A DNA stretch of 64,000 nt from Eledone cirrhosa (GCA_964016885.1 OZ024742.1:174034001-174098000), one strand, 5' to 3'. Numbered from the stretch's first letter, positions 26,156 to 41,711 are shown. The notes: generated by a model not told the origin, from the letters alone. A program made the numbers and translations.

Positions 26156-27239
26156 AAGGACCTGTCCAATCCATGCGAACACACATAAAAACGATGATGA
26201 TGATATATATATATATATATATAGCAAAATTGGTGATAAATACAAATAAAGCAGAGCCAGATAAATACAAATAAAATCCATGAACAGTTGTGAACACTTT
26301 GGTGGGTTTTCATACAGTTTCTGTCCACCAAATTCTACTAAATGTGTTTTGCACAAGCCACAACTATGGTAGGTGACACTTGTTCAAGGTGTCATGGAGT
26401 GAGATCAAACCCTAAAACCATGTAATTTGAGGCAAATATCTTAACCACACAGGCATGGCTAATTCATGTTTATATGAGGAAGTGAACTGATGACTGCATA
26501 TTAATGAAGTTATCATTAATCATACATCATCCTCCTGAATGTCTACAACAGTGTTCTGTATATATAGTACTGCTATAGAGTTACAGTGAGGTAGACAGAT
26601 TTAGCAATAGTTAAAGGCCTTGACCCTGTACACTCACACACTACAGCAGTAATGATGAAATATAAATTCTAAAGCTTATAGTCACCAGTCTGACTACAGC
26701 TCAATAAACCGCAACTTTTACTGGCACTGCCAATTTCCATTAAAACTGTGCACTTACAAGAACACTTTAACTAATGCTGTTATATAATGAAAAATAAAAG
26801 TTAAAAATGATAAAAAAAAATATTAATGATTATTACAATAATCATTATTTTATGTTACCAGATGACAAATTATCAGAGTTTTAAGAGTGTCAGATAGAAC
26901 ACCATCTGTTCTCACTCTCTGTCTTCTGAGTTCAAAATCTGCTGAAATTAGCTTTGCTGTTCATCCTTTTAAGAGTCGATTAATGCAATACTTGTGCCTT
27001 AGCAATGCTATCACCCACAGCAATGTTGTTTGTGGCTGGGTTCACATTTAAATATTCACTATTGTATTATAGTTTACTTTGCATATATTCTTATATATTT
27101 TTCTTTTCCTATCTGACTAATATTTATTGATTTTTTTTTTTTTGTAAATCATATTTGCTATATATATTAAGAAATTTCAAACCATATGTCCAAATTACCA
27201 GTGCACTAATCTCTTAATGCATAGATGTAGTGACTCTAC

Positions 27240-27625
27240 TTGGGGTGACTCCCTGATCTCAAAACTATGCATTTGAAGGAATAACAAATCTCCAAAGCCC
27301 CTTCAGAGGAACACCATTTCAGCCATTTGTATTTATGATCCAATTCTTTCAGATTCCTGACCATAGGTAAGGATTGGCACAAACACTGAAGTAAAGATAG
27401 TATATGGCTTTTACACCTACCCACCGAATGCCAAAGCTGGCACATTACTGCACCAACCCTTTAATTCCTGTACTTAATTCAGCCTCCTGCCTACTATATT
27501 CATGAAAATGGCCCTGAAATACTTGAACTTCTCCGCCTGCAACACTGAAATTCCATTCACATGCAGAGAGCACCACACAGGCTTCCTTGAGATGATGAGT
27601 GCCTTAATCTTCATGGCACTGATAG
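27240..27625 (-). pseudogene. Degenerate non-LTR RT thumb-region fragment (RTE-like)
   Basis: VNG.SVLQAEKFKYF-like motif on minus strand. Confidence 0.45.
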
Positions 27626-28618
27626 GGAATGTATCTCAGAGAAGAGAGAGTCACTCCAGGTAGAGCCACTATTCCTTTGAATTAAGTTTAGCTTTTACTT
27701 CTACTCCACTTCTGATGATGATTGAGTGCTAAATGAAGATGATGTATGATTGCAACAACTCCTGCAATTATTGTACTTAATTCAGCCTCCTGCCTTCCAT
27801 CATTTGCATTCTCAATACAAATTCTATTAACTATCACTGGACTCCATATAGTGTTCAGATGAAGTCTTCAGGTCTTCATGCGCTGCTTAATGGTGATAGG
27901 TCTCTAATGGTCACATAGAGTGATGCATTGATTAAAGCAACATATCAAGCAGATCAATATAACAAGTAGACCCTGCACTTAAGCAGTATAAATACTAGAT
28001 CTGAACATTTATTTTATGTTATGCTGTATTTCTCTATGTCTGCAAAGGTATATATTGCTCTTAGTATCTGTTTCTCTCACCATAGACTCTCTACCAATGT
28101 GTAGTTCTATCAACTGTGCCATTCTTGCGGGAATTAAAACAAAGACTTTTCCAGTTGGATTATTTTCCTAACATAAAGCAGTCTGTTAAAACGGAGCAGA
28201 GAAATAGAAAACACTAGAGTAATAAAATGCTGGACAATTCTAATTTTGGTATTTTCTAATTTATTGCTTACTCTAATATTATTTTTTCCATTCTGCTGGT
28301 TCCTTTGAAAAGAATTTGTCGTTGTGATAGCTTCAGCAAGCATGCTATCTAAACTATCCACTGTTACTGTAATAGAGAATTCTTCACTTTACTGGTTCGG
28401 TAATCGAAGAGTTAATAAGAAGATTGTGTCTGATGAGGGGCGGAGGTAGTGAGCTGGCCTTAAAGCTGCTCAGTGTCTAGTTTGGTTTCTCAACTATTCT
28501 AACTTCAGGCATATAAAAGTATTGATCCTATACTGGTAGTTGGTGGGGTGATGCTATTAAACCAATGTATTGCTCCTGATCCCAAGCAGAAGTAAATAAT
28601 ATCATTATAGAAAGAACA

Positions 28619-28686
28619 GGGGTCGATAAAATAAAGTACCAGTAATGCACTGGGTAATTGCTGTCCTTGTGCCTAAAGTAGAAACA
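28619..28686 (+). mobile_element. 5'-truncated SINE with 15-bp TSD
   Basis: GGGGTCGATAAAATAAAGTACCAG...GTAGAAAC; TSD ATTATAGAAAGAACA at 28604-28618 and 28687-28701. Confidence 0.88.
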
Positions 28687-30627
28687 ATTATAGAAAGAAC
28701 ATAATAATGGTAAGCATTTCATATAACAGCTATAGTTGAATGAGTAAATAGTTCCCACTGCAACCATGTGGTTTCAGATTTGATCCAACTGCATGGAACC
28801 TTGTGTCTGAATTTAGTAGATAGAGATAGGACAAGCTCGCTAATGTTAGTGATCTACACAATAAATGCAACCAGTTCACACTGTTAATTGGTTGGTAATA
28901 GGAAGGTCATCCAGTTATAGAAAGCTTGTCAAACAAAGGTTTAAGAGGACCCTTCAGTTGTGTCAAAGTCATATCAACTGCCGTGGGGTTGATTTCATGA
29001 TAAAATGCAGGACCATATGTAAGCGAGAGGCAGACCCCCAATGGTCCAGCTTGTGTACTGACTTGGTCTGTGAAGGCCCATCAAAAATCCTTGCTAGCAT
29101 GGAAAACGGATGCTAAATGATGATGATGATGATATACAGGGTGTCTTAAAATTTACTATCTATTTTGGTGTACTTATTACTATTTATAATAGATAGTGAC
29201 TTTTGAGCAACTATCTCTCTTTCCATGGTTGAATAGGTTGTACAGGTCTTCTCCAGCACAGTTTCCATCCACATATTTTGTTCTGCCATCATCTCTTCTG
29301 TAATATATTGTTATTGTCAGAGTGATTGCCTCATTGTGTTATTGCAATTTATTTTACTACATGTTGAATCTGTTACACCTCCTCAGATTTGATGTTGACT
29401 GTCCAGTCTCAGGACCAATGCAACAGCCTGCTTGTGAAATTATCATGAATGTGACTGGGTAAAATTATCATGAATGTGACTGGGTGAAATTATTATGAAT
29501 GTAGCAGGCATGTATTCACTTAACATAATGTATGACAAGGCTGACATATTGAATTACATATGCAACATATTTTTTACCAGCTGGAACAATATTAATTGGA
29601 ACAATATGAAATAAAGTATCTTGCTCAAGAACACAACACAACCCTTGGAATCAAACCCTAACCACAAAGCTACAAACCTTATTGAAGAATGCAAAACAAA
29701 ATTGGTTCTAAACAATCTATTTTTAGAACTGCTCTAGAAATGTTTCTATCTCCATGGTCTTATATGTCCAAATTATTAGATTATCTTTAATAGTCAACAA
29801 CACTGAAGCTACTAGCTTTAAATTCAAAATTGGTTCTATCATTTTTAGTAATTTATCAAAGGAGAAAGAGCAGCACATATGACCTTTGTAAAATATTTTG
29901 TTATGTTGAGCTCTTGCTACTATAGAGAGAAGCCTGTAGCAAAACTATTGACAGAAATTGGAATTCTACATGGTTACAACTCTGGTGGAAAAAATGGCAG
30001 GCAGTGTATTTAGTGGGCTCTGTGGGAATTGAAACAGTGCAGATGTCACAACACATTCTATCGAACACCCTAACATCTCTGCCAAGTCAACTGCCTTACT
30101 TACTAAATATTGTAAAGAACTAAATTACATAGAATAAAGTGTATAGTCTAAGTCTTAAATAAATGTTGCAATAACTTTACTGTCTTGTATATAATACATA
30201 AATATCATTGATGAAAGATATTTTAATATGTGGTTGGGTCTCTACGGAAAACTTCATCTTCATGTTGTGAATCAAAGACAAGCCAACTTCATGGCTGCAG
30301 TCCATCTCTTTCCCTCTCTCCCTCTCTTTCAAGGTTATTGACTAAATCTGAAAAATGCCAATATAATGAACACACCAAGTGGAGCCAGTCAACCAGAATT
30401 GAGTTCTGTTTTCCAGACTTGATTATTTGCCACCTCTTTAACCACTCAGACAAATGATATTAAAGTTTTAAATATATATAAATTTACTTATCTAATATGT
30501 TTAAAATTTCCCTTCATTATACATTTTAAAATTGGCTTCTCAATCTTTGTCCAAGTTTTAGTTAGATATCGTAGCAAACTCAAATATTGGGATAAACCTA
30601 TTAGGACTGAAGATGCATTTTCTAATG

Positions 30628-30820
30628 TCTTCTTCAGCCGAGTTTACACTCGCAAAGATTCAGCACGCTTTCTTCAATCATCCCGGTCAAGCATGACATT
30701 TATCAGTTTGTCGATGTTATCAATGTTGGCATTTTCTCAGCAGGGTATCAATGAATGAGACGGCCTGTCTTCCCATGCTTCTTCGTCTGACCACCAGTTT
30801 CCAGAGCACAATAACAACTA
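30628..30820 (-). mobile_element. RTE-like LINE extreme 3' end
   Basis: VLWK..RRRSMGRQAVSFIDTLL...MLDRDD*RKR on minus strand, GAA tail. Confidence 0.6.
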
Positions 30821-32012
30821 GAAAAAGGGTAGAGTATTCAACTGTGCCAAAGACACAATATTCTCTCTAGTTTTGGTCATCTACAAGATAAACTTACCTA
30901 ATATATCCTGTAAAGTGGATGGTAATAAGGTAGGGCATCCAACCATAGAAAACTTGCCAAACATAGGACTCTGAGGATTCTTCAACTATTTCATAGACAT
31001 GACAACATCCGCAACATCCATAGTTTGGTGTCACATAAACATGCATCAGATGCACTCTATTGAGTGCAGGAATGTAAGGGATAAATGAGCTCCTAAGTCA
31101 TCAAATACATCAGAAGCTCCTGGTAAGTACCAACTTAGTTTGTGATAACCTGTCCAACACTTATAGGCAAGGAAAATGGACATTAGATGGAGATGATGAT
31201 AATCATAAATGTAGTTTAATATGAATGTGCTAAATTCGACAGATCCACTTTACATCAATATATAACAAACAGTTTTATATATTTACTTATTCTAATAAGC
31301 ATAGCTGCTAACAGATTTTCCACACACTTTCTGATTTCTATATGTTAAATACTGTATGTTTTAAAGTATAAATCTCAGATCAGATTAAGATGAGAAGATA
31401 TCAGCTAAAACTTTGATTAAATGCGTCACATTAACTAATCATTTCCTTCTTGTGTCAATTGCCATTGAGGCCTGTGGAAGAGCTCTGTCATCTTAATTAT
31501 GTCATCTTGATTATGTCATCTTGATTATGTGGGAGTTGAGATGTACTGAGTGTAAAGTTTTCCCTCACCTCATTTTTCCCATTTTTAAAATTCTTTTTAT
31601 TTTTTTATTTTTACCCAAATTTGATGAACCCATGAACTCCATCTAACATATCAGATACTGAAATTGTGGGTTGGCTCTAAATATTTCATTAATATTGATC
31701 TCATAGATTTTATCAAGATAGACCTAATGAGATGATTATTCAACACTATACTTTTCTCTACAACACTACACTAATTTTTTACTGAACTTCTGGAATGATT
31801 AACCACAGTATGATATATTTGGGCAAAAGTCTTCAGTTACAGAGTTTCAATGTTTGTACCCTCCAGTCTTCTTCAGGTGTCTTTTATATTCAATAACTTT
31901 CATGGAATTTTAAACTGAATTATAGAGGAAGAATATTTTGATTCCATTGTACATGCCAGAAATATTCTGGCTTTGATGCTACTAGTTCATTCTGCTTGAA
32001 ACAGCACTTCAT

Positions 32013-32640
32013 AATCATCATCATCATCATACTACGTCTGCTTTTCCCTGCTCGCAAGGGTGGGACAGGTTCTATTTAGCATCTCTCCACTGGTCCTTCG
32101 TCATCACCACCGTGAGCATCAGCGATCTGAGGTCAGCTCTTACCAACTCTGCCCATGTTTTTCATGGTCTTCCTCTACTGCGTCTTCCTTCAACTGGCAT
32201 TTCTTGGCACTTCTTTACCCAGTGGTCACCCTCCATGCACATCACATGTCCATACCATCGCAGTCTTCTCTCCTGCACAGCAACTTATCCCTCTTAAACA
32301 CAGTTTCTCTCTCATCCATGCTCGGTCATTCATGTACATTGACATTGCACATCCAGCGGAGCATGCTTGCCTAATTTCTCTCCAGCCGTCGCATTTCTTT
32401 TTGCAGTTGCTGCCCATGTCTCACTACCATGCAGCATCACGCTCCTCACACAGGCATCATATAACTGGCCTTTCGTATGCAGGGAGAAACCCTTCTTCGT
32501 CAACAGAGGGAGCAGCTCCCTAAACTTTTTCTAACCCGTCCTTATTCTAGATACTATGGCCTCAGAACACCCTCCCTCCCATGCTAATCTGATCACCTAG
32601 GTACCGGAAGCTATCAACCACTTCTATAGAGCCTACCTGA
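32013..32640 (-). mobile_element. RTE-clade LINE 3' fragment with (GAT)n tail
   Basis: Minus strand KPVI*CLCEERDAA, LREKLCLRGISC, WYGHVMCMEG; similar to the 19490 copy. Confidence 0.8.
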
Positions 32641-33467
32641 ATTTGAAAAAATGTGTCTATCAATGCGTCTTCTACTGTCAAATTTCCCTGTACATCTAGT
32701 GCATACGTATTTTTCCCTACCTGTTAGTTTGCCTGCTATCCCACTACATCTCTTGTGTACTCAAGATCTGCATTGTGTACATTTTATAGAATTTATGCCA
32801 GTTCCTTTTCTGCATATCGAACATGGTCATTCCCTGATGATATATATATATATATATCTATTACGTTTTCCAAATTATATATATATTAGCTGATCTGTGG
32901 ATTGATCCCAGGTGGAATGGACCACTGTCATTCTTGACTAACTCTTCACTGATTGGGATTGGTGCATTCTAGTATGGCATCAACAAAACGGTGATTGTTG
33001 TTTTTAATTGGACTGGTGGGGGTGGGGGGATGATGACTGCGGAAATATATATATGTATGTGTGTTTGAACAATAAAAACAGAAGTCATGTGTAGGTACAG
33101 AGTTAGTACATTGTTTTACGGTCGTTTCAGAGGATCGATTGATCAGTGGGGATCTATGTATTGACTTTAACATCTACCATGCTAGTCGATACACCAATCT
33201 CCATTGATTGATTGACCCTCTGAAACAAACATAAAATAATGAACTAATTCTCTACCTACACCAGGCTTCTGTTCTTGTTCAAACACATGTATTTAAATGA
33301 CTGTGTAACCCAGACAGATTTTCTTCAAGATTACCTACCAAAAGAACTACCTGTCACACTGCTGAATCTCGTTGCAACCATACTTCGCAGGAGACATTGA
33401 GTTTTAACAACGCTATCAGCCCCACCACAACCAGGTGGACGTCAATATATATATATATATATATATA

Positions 33468-33813
33468 CTAGCAGTGGTACCCGGCGTTGCACGTGATAAG
33501 GTATTTTAGAATGCGGGCCGCCAAAGGACCTAACCGTGAAACATTTCATGCCTGGACAATATGTAATGAAAATAAACCGAATACTCTGATGGCTGGATCT
33601 CGATGAAGCAGTCCAAGGGAAATAACTCTGAATGCGATTTCGACGTCACGCCTCAAAAAAGTCCCCAAAAGCTGAAAAGTTGGATTGTTTTATGTACATA
33701 ACACTCCCTGAAACATAAGTAGTACACAAGTACACATGTAAGGTTTGAAAAAGATCGGCTGGGTACTTCTCGAGTTTTAGGGATTCAAACTCACAGACAC
33801 ACACATAGACATC

Positions 33814-33846
<33 letters not shown>
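33468..33846 (-). mobile_element. Short non-autonomous Helitron (or the 3' terminus of a larger Helitron)
   Basis: Minus strand ends CACGTGCAACGCCGGG-TACCACTG-CTAG|T (imperfect subterminal hairpin + CTAG, in TA repeat); other end TATATAAACTGAGGATGTCTATGTGTGTGTCTG...CCGATCTTTTTCAAA. Confidence 0.7.
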
Positions 33847-33962
33847 AATTGAAAAAAATGAAAACGAAATTTCATTTCTCACTCTTAGTATGGCACTTAC
33901 TTAAATGTAAGTATGTATGTATACGTACATACATATATGTATACAGACGTACAGTAGCATGC

Positions 33963-34015
<53 letters not shown>

Positions 34016-34470
34016 TACACACATATGCATACAGGTACACATACATATATGCACGCATCAGTTTAGCCGACGTTTATTATAACGCCGGCCGCTTTGTTCG
34101 TTTGTTTGTCAACAAAGCGAACAGCCTGAATTTATGCCATACGGTGTTAAGGCAACCACGTCACCTTTTTGTTCAACACTGACACAGGAACGATGTACTA
34201 GTTTCAAGCTTGTTAGCTATCATCAGCACCGTTTACCCATCTGCCAGATAGTTGAACGTTCGAAAGTATATACTTTCCTTATGAAAATTAACGGCTGAGC
34301 AGCCTAATTTGCATATTGAGTGAGTTAAATCGGTCAGGCATACCGAAAACGATAAATTGAAAAAAATGAAAACGAAAATTCATTTCTCACTCTTAGTATG
34401 GCACTTACTTAAATGTAAGTATGTATGTATACGTACATACATATATGTATACAGACGTACAGTAGCATGC

Positions 34471-34519
<49 letters not shown>

Positions 34520-34974
34520 TACACACATATGCATACAGGTACACATACATATATGCACGCATCAGTTTAGCCGACGTTTATTATAACGCCGGCCGCTTTG
34601 TTCGTTTGTTTGTCAACAAAGCGAACAGCCTGAATTTATGCCATACGGTGTTAAGGCAACCACGTCACCTTTTTGTTCAACACTGACACAGGAACGATGT
34701 ACTAGTTTCAAGCTTGTTAGCTATCATCAGCACCGTTTACCCATCTGCCAGATAGTTGAACGTTCGAAAGTATATACTTTCCTTATGAAAATTAACGGCT
34801 GAGCAGCCTAATTTGCATATTGAGTGAGTTAAATCGGTCAGGCATACCGAAAACGATAAATTGAAAAAAATGAAAACGAAATTTCATTTCTCACTCTTAG
34901 TATGGCACTTACTTAAATGTAAGTATGTATGTATACGTACATACATATATGTATACAGACGTACAGTAGCATGC

Positions 34975-35021
<47 letters not shown>

Positions 35022-35476
35022 TACACACATATGCATACAGGTACACATACATATATGCACGCATCAGTTTAGCCGACGTTTATTATAACGCCGGCCGCTT
35101 TGTTCGTTTGTTTGTCAACAAAGCGAACAGCCTGAATTTATGCCATACGGTGTTAAGGCAACCACGTCACCTTTTTGTTCAACACTGACACAGGAACGAT
35201 GTACTAGTTTCAAGCTTGTTAGCTATCATCAGCACCGTTTACCCATCTGCCAGATAGTTGAACGTTCGAAAGTATATACTTTCCTTATGAAAATTAACGG
35301 CTGAGCAGCCTAATTTGCATATTGAGTGAGTTAAATCGGTCAGGCATACCGAAAACGATAAATTGAAAAAAATGAAAACGAAATTTCATTTCTCACTCTT
35401 AGTATGGCACTTACTTAAATGTAAGTATGTATGTATACGTACATACATATATGTATACAGACGTACAGTAGCATGC

Positions 35477-35527
<51 letters not shown>

Positions 35528-35982
35528 TACACACATATGCATACAGGTACACATACATATATGCACGCATCAGTTTAGCCGACGTTTATTATAACGCCGG
35601 CCGCTTTGTTCGTTTGTTTGTCAACAAAGCGAACAGCCTGAATTTATGCCATACGGTGTTAAGGCAACCACGTCACCTTTTTGTTCAACATTGACACAGG
35701 AACGATGTACTAGTTTCAAGCTTGTTAGCTATCATCAGCACCGTTTACCCATCTGCCAGATAGTTGAACGTTCGAAAGTATATACTTTCCTTATGAAAAT
35801 TAACGGCTGAGCAGCCTAATTTGCATATTGAGTGAGTTAAATCGGTCAGGCATACCGAAAACGATAAATTGAAAAAAATGAAAACGAAATTTCATTTCTC
35901 ACTCTTAGTATGGCACTTACTTAAATGTAAGTATGTATGTATACGTACATACATATATGTATACAGACGTACAGTAGCATGC

Positions 35983-36031
<49 letters not shown>

Positions 36032-36489
36032 TACACACATATGCATACAGGTACACATACATATATGCACGCATCAGTTTAGCCGACGTTTATTATAACG
36101 CCGGCCGCTTTGTTCGTTTGTTTGTCAACAAAGCGAACAGCCTGAATTTATGCCATACGGTGTTAAGGCAACCACGTCACCTTTTTTTTGTTCAACACTG
36201 ACACAGGAACGATGTACTAGTTTCAAGCTTGTTAGCTATCATCAGCACCGTTTACCCATCTGCCAGATAGTTGAACGTTCGAAAGTATATACTTTCCTTA
36301 TGAAAATTAACGGCTGAGCAGCCTAATTTGCATATTGAGTGAGTTAAATCGGTCAGGCATACCGAAAACGATAAATTGAAAAAAATGAAAACGAAATTTC
36401 ATTCCTCACTCTTAGTATGGCACTTACTTAAATGTAAGTATGTATGTATACGTACATACATATATGTATACAGACGTACAGTAGCATGC

Positions 36490-36536
<47 letters not shown>

Positions 36537-36991
36537 TACACACATATGCATACAGGTACACATACATATATGCACGCATCAGTTTAGCCGACGTTTATTA
36601 TAACGCCGGCCGCTTTGTTCGTTTGTTTGTCAACAAAGCGAACAGCCTAAATTTATGCCATACGGTGTTAAGGCAACCACGTCACCTTTTTGTTCAACAC
36701 TGACACAGGAACGATGTACTAGTTTCAAGCTTGTTAGCTATCATCAGCACCGTTTACCCATCTGCCAGATAGTTGAACGTTCGAAAGTATATACTTTCCT
36801 TGTGAAAATTAACGGCTGAGCAGCCTAATTTGCATATTGAGTGAGTTAAATCGGTCAGGCATACCGAAAACGATAAATTGAAAAAAATGAAAACGAAATT
36901 TCATTTCTCACTCTTAGTATGGCACTTACTTAAATGTAAGTATGTATGTATACGTACATACATATATGTATACAGACGTACAGTAGCATGC

Positions 36992-37038
<47 letters not shown>

Positions 37039-37493
37039 TACACACATATGCATACAGGTACACATACATATATGCACGCATCAGTTTAGCCGACGTTTAT
37101 TATAACGCCGGCCGCTTTGTTCGTTTGTTTGTCAACAAAGCGAACAGCCTGAATTTATGCCATACGGTGTTAAGGCAACCACGTCACCTTTTTGTTCAAC
37201 ACTGACACAGGAACGATGTACTAGTTTCAAGCTTGTTAGCTATCATCAGCACCGTTTACCCATCTGCCAGATAGTTGAACGTTCGAAAGTATATACTTTC
37301 CTTATGAAAATTAACGGCTGAGCAGCCTAATTTGCATATTGAGTGAGTTAAATCGGTCAGGCATACCGAAAACGATAAATTGAAAAAAATGAAAACGAAA
37401 TTTCATTTCTCACTCTTAGTATGGCACTTACTTAAATGTAAGTATGTATGTATACGTACATACATATATGTATACAGACGTACAGTAGCATGC

Positions 37494-37544
<51 letters not shown>

Positions 37545-37999
37545 TACACACATATGCATACAGGTACACATACATATATGCACGCATCAGTTTAGCCGAC
37601 GTTTATTATAACGCCGGCCGCTTTGTTCGTTTGTTTGTCAACAAAGCGAACAGCCTGAATTTATGCCATACGGTGTTAAGGCAACCACGTCACCTTTTTG
37701 TTCAACATTGACACAGGAACGATGTACTAGTTTCAAGCTTGTTAGCTATCATCAGCACCGTTTACCCATCTGCCAGATAGTTGAACGTTCGAAAGTATAT
37801 ACTTTCCTTATGAAAATTAACGGCTGAGCAGCCTAATTTGCATATTGAGTGAGTTAAATCGGTCAGGCATACCGAAAACGATAAATTGAAAAAAATGAAA
37901 ACGAAATTTCATTTCTCACTCTTAGTATGGCACTTACTTAAATGTAAGTATGTATGTATACGTACATACATATATGTATACAGACGTACAGTAGCATGC

Positions 38000-38046
<47 letters not shown>

Positions 38047-38504
38047 TACACACATATGCATACAGGTACACATACATATATGCACGCATCAGTTTAGCCG
38101 ACGTTTATTATAACGCCGGCCGCTTTGTTCGTTTGTTTGTCAACAAAGCGAACAGCCTGAATTTATGCCATACGGTGTTAAGGCAACCACGTCACCTTTT
38201 TTTTGTTCAACACTGACACAGGAACGATGTACTAGTTTCAAGCTTGTTAGCTATCATCAGCACCGTTTACCCATCTGCCAGATAGTTGAACGTTCGAAAG
38301 TATATACTTTCCTTATGAAAATTAACGGCTGAGCAGCCTAATTTGCATATTGAGTGAGTTAAATCGGTCAGGCATACCGAAAACGATAAATTGAAAAAAA
38401 TGAAAACGAAATTTCATTCCTCACTCTTAGTATGGCACTTACTTAAATGTAAGTATGTATGTATACGTACATACATATATGTATACAGACGTACAGTAGC
38501 ATGC

Positions 38505-38551
<47 letters not shown>

Positions 38552-39006
38552 TACACACATATGCATACAGGTACACATACATATATGCACGCATCAGTTT
38601 AGCCGACGTTTATTATAACGCCGGCCGCTTTGTTCGTTTGTTTGTCAACAAAGCGAACAGCCTGAATTTATGCCATACGGTGTTAAGGCAACCACGTCAC
38701 CTTTTTGTTCAACACTGACACAGGAACGATGTACTAGTTTCAAGCTTGTTAGCTATCATCAGCACCGTTTACCCATCTGCCAGATAGTTGAACGTTCGAA
38801 AGTATATACTTTCCTTGTGAAAATTAACGGCTGAGCAGCCTAATTTGCATATTGAGTGAGTTAAATCGGTCAGGCATACCGAAAACGATAAATTGAAAAA
38901 AATGAAAACGAAATTTCATTTCTCACTCTTAGTATGGCACTTACTTAAATGTAAGTATGTATGTATACGTACATACATATATGTATACAGACGTACAGTA
39001 GCATGC

Positions 39007-39053
<47 letters not shown>

Positions 39054-39508
39054 TACACACATATGCATACAGGTACACATACATATATGCACGCATCAGT
39101 TTAGCCGACGTTTATTATAACGCCGGCCGCTTTGTTCGTTTGTTTGTCAACAAAGCGAACAGCCTGAATTTATGCCATACGGTGTTAAGGCAACCACGTC
39201 ACCTTTTTGTTCAACACTGACACAGGAACGATGTACTAGTTTCAAGCTTGTTAGCTATCATCAGCACCGTTTACCCATCTGCCAGATAGTTGAACGTTCG
39301 AAAGTATATACTTTCCTTATGAAAATTAACGGCTGAGCAGCCTAATTTGCATATTGAGTGAGTTAAATCGGTCAGGCATACCGAAAACGATAAATTGAAA
39401 AAAATGAAAACGAAATTTCATTTCTCACTCTTAGTATGGCACTTACTTAAATGTAAGTATGTATGTATACGTACATACATATATGTATACAGACGTACAG
39501 TAGCATGC

Positions 39509-39569
<61 letters not shown>

Positions 39570-39645
39570 TACACACATATGCATACAGGTACACATACAT
39601 ATATGCACGCATCAGTTTAGCCGACGTTTATTATAACGCCGGCCG
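33847..39645 (+). repeat. Satellite array, left arm: 11 full + 1 partial ~502-508-bp monomers
   Basis: Monomer starts at 33849, 34357, 34861, 35363, 35869, 36376, 36878, 37380, 37886, 38391, 38893, 39395. Confidence 0.99.
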
Positions 39646-39691
39646 CTGATGCGTGCATATATGTATGTGTACCTGTATGCATATGTGTGTA

Positions 39692-39738
<47 letters not shown>

Positions 39739-40193
39739 GCATGCTACTGTACGTCTGTATACATATATGTATGTACGTATACATACATACTTACATTTAA
39801 GTAAGTGCCATACTAAGAGTGAGAAATGAAATTTCGTTTTCATTTTTTTCAATTTATCGTTTTCGGTATGCCTGACCGATTTAACTCACTCAATATGCAA
39901 ATTAGGCTGCTCAGCCGTTAATTTTCATAAGGAAAGTATATACTTTCGAACGTTCAACTATCTGGCAGATGGGTAAACGGTGCTGATGATAGCTAACAAG
40001 CTTGAAACTAGTACATCGTTCCTGTGTCAGTGTTGAACAAAAAGGTGACGTGGTTGCCTTAACACCGTATGGCATAAATTCAGGCTGTTCGCTTTGTTGA
40101 CAAACAAACGAACAAAGCGGCCGGCGTTATAATAAACGTCGGCTAAACTGATGCGTGCATATATGTATGTGTACCTGTATGCATATGTGTGTA

Positions 40194-40242
<49 letters not shown>

Positions 40243-40697
40243 GCATGCTACTGTACGTCTGTATACATATATGTATGTACGTATACATACATACTTACAT
40301 TTAAGTAAGTGCCATACTAAGAGTGAGAAATGAAATTTCGTTTTCATTTTTTTCAATTTATCGTTTTCGGTATGCCTGACCGATTTAACTCACTCAATAT
40401 GCAAATTAGGCTGCTCAGCCGTTAATTTTCATAAGGAAAGTATATACTTTCGAACGTTCAACTATCTGGCAGATGGGTAAACGGTGCTGATGATAGCTAA
40501 CAAGCTTGAAACTAGTACATCGTTCCTGTGTCAGTGTTGAACAAAAAGGTGACGTGGTTGCCTTAACACCGTATGGCATAAATTCAGGCTGTTCGCTTTG
40601 TTGACAAACAAACGAACAAAGCGGCCGGCGTTATAATAAACGTCGGCTAAACTGATGCGTGCATATATGTATGTGTACCTGTATGCATATGTGTGTA

Positions 40698-40746
<49 letters not shown>

Positions 40747-41201
40747 GCATGCTACTGTACGTCTGTATACATATATGTATGTACGTATACATACATACTT
40801 ACATTTAAGTAAGTGCCATACTAAGAGTGAGAAATGAAATTTCGTTTTCATTTTTTTCAATTTATCGTTTTCGGTATGCCTGACCGATTTAACTCACTCA
40901 ATATGCAAATTAGGCTGCTCAGCCGTTAATTTTCATAAGGAAAGTATATACTTTCGAACGTTCAACTATCTGGCAGATGGGTAAACGGTGCTGATGATAG
41001 CTAACAAGCTTGAAAATAGTACATCGTTCCTGTGTCAGTGTTGAACAAAAAGGTGACGTGGTTGCCTTAACACCGTATGGCATAAATTCAGGCTGTTCGC
41101 TTTGTTGACAAACAAACGAACAAAGCGGCCGGCGTTATAATAAACGTCGGCTAAACTGATGCGTGCATATATGTATGTGTACCTGTATGCATATGTGTGT
41201 A

Positions 41202-41256
<55 letters not shown>

Positions 41257-41711
41257 GCATGCTACTGTACGTCTGTATACATATATGTATGTACGTATAC
41301 ATACATACTTACATTTAAGTAAGTGCCATACTAAGAGTGAGAAATGAAATTTCGTTTTCATTTTTTTCAATTTATCGTTTTCGGTATGCCTGACCGATTT
41401 AACTCACTCAATATGCAAATTAGGCTGCTCAGCCGTTAATTTTCATAAGGAAAGTATATACTTTCGAACGTTCAACTATCTGGCAGATGGGTAAACGGTG
41501 CTGATGATAGCTAACAAGCTTGAAACTAGTACATCGTTCCTGTGTCAGTGTTGAACAAAAAGGTGACGTGGTTGCCTTAACACCGTATGGCATAAATTCA
41601 GGCTGTTCGCTTTGTTGACAAACAAACGAACAAAGCGGCCGGCGTTATAATAAACGTCGGCTAAACTGATGCGTGCATATATGTATGTGTACCTGTATGC
41701 ATATGTGTGTA

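Noticed and set aside
31838-31881. Minus-strand CTGAAGA...GAAAC hammerhead-like motif (similar weak hits at 28430 and 45150)
   Set aside because: Stems do not pair adequately; at best a decayed relic
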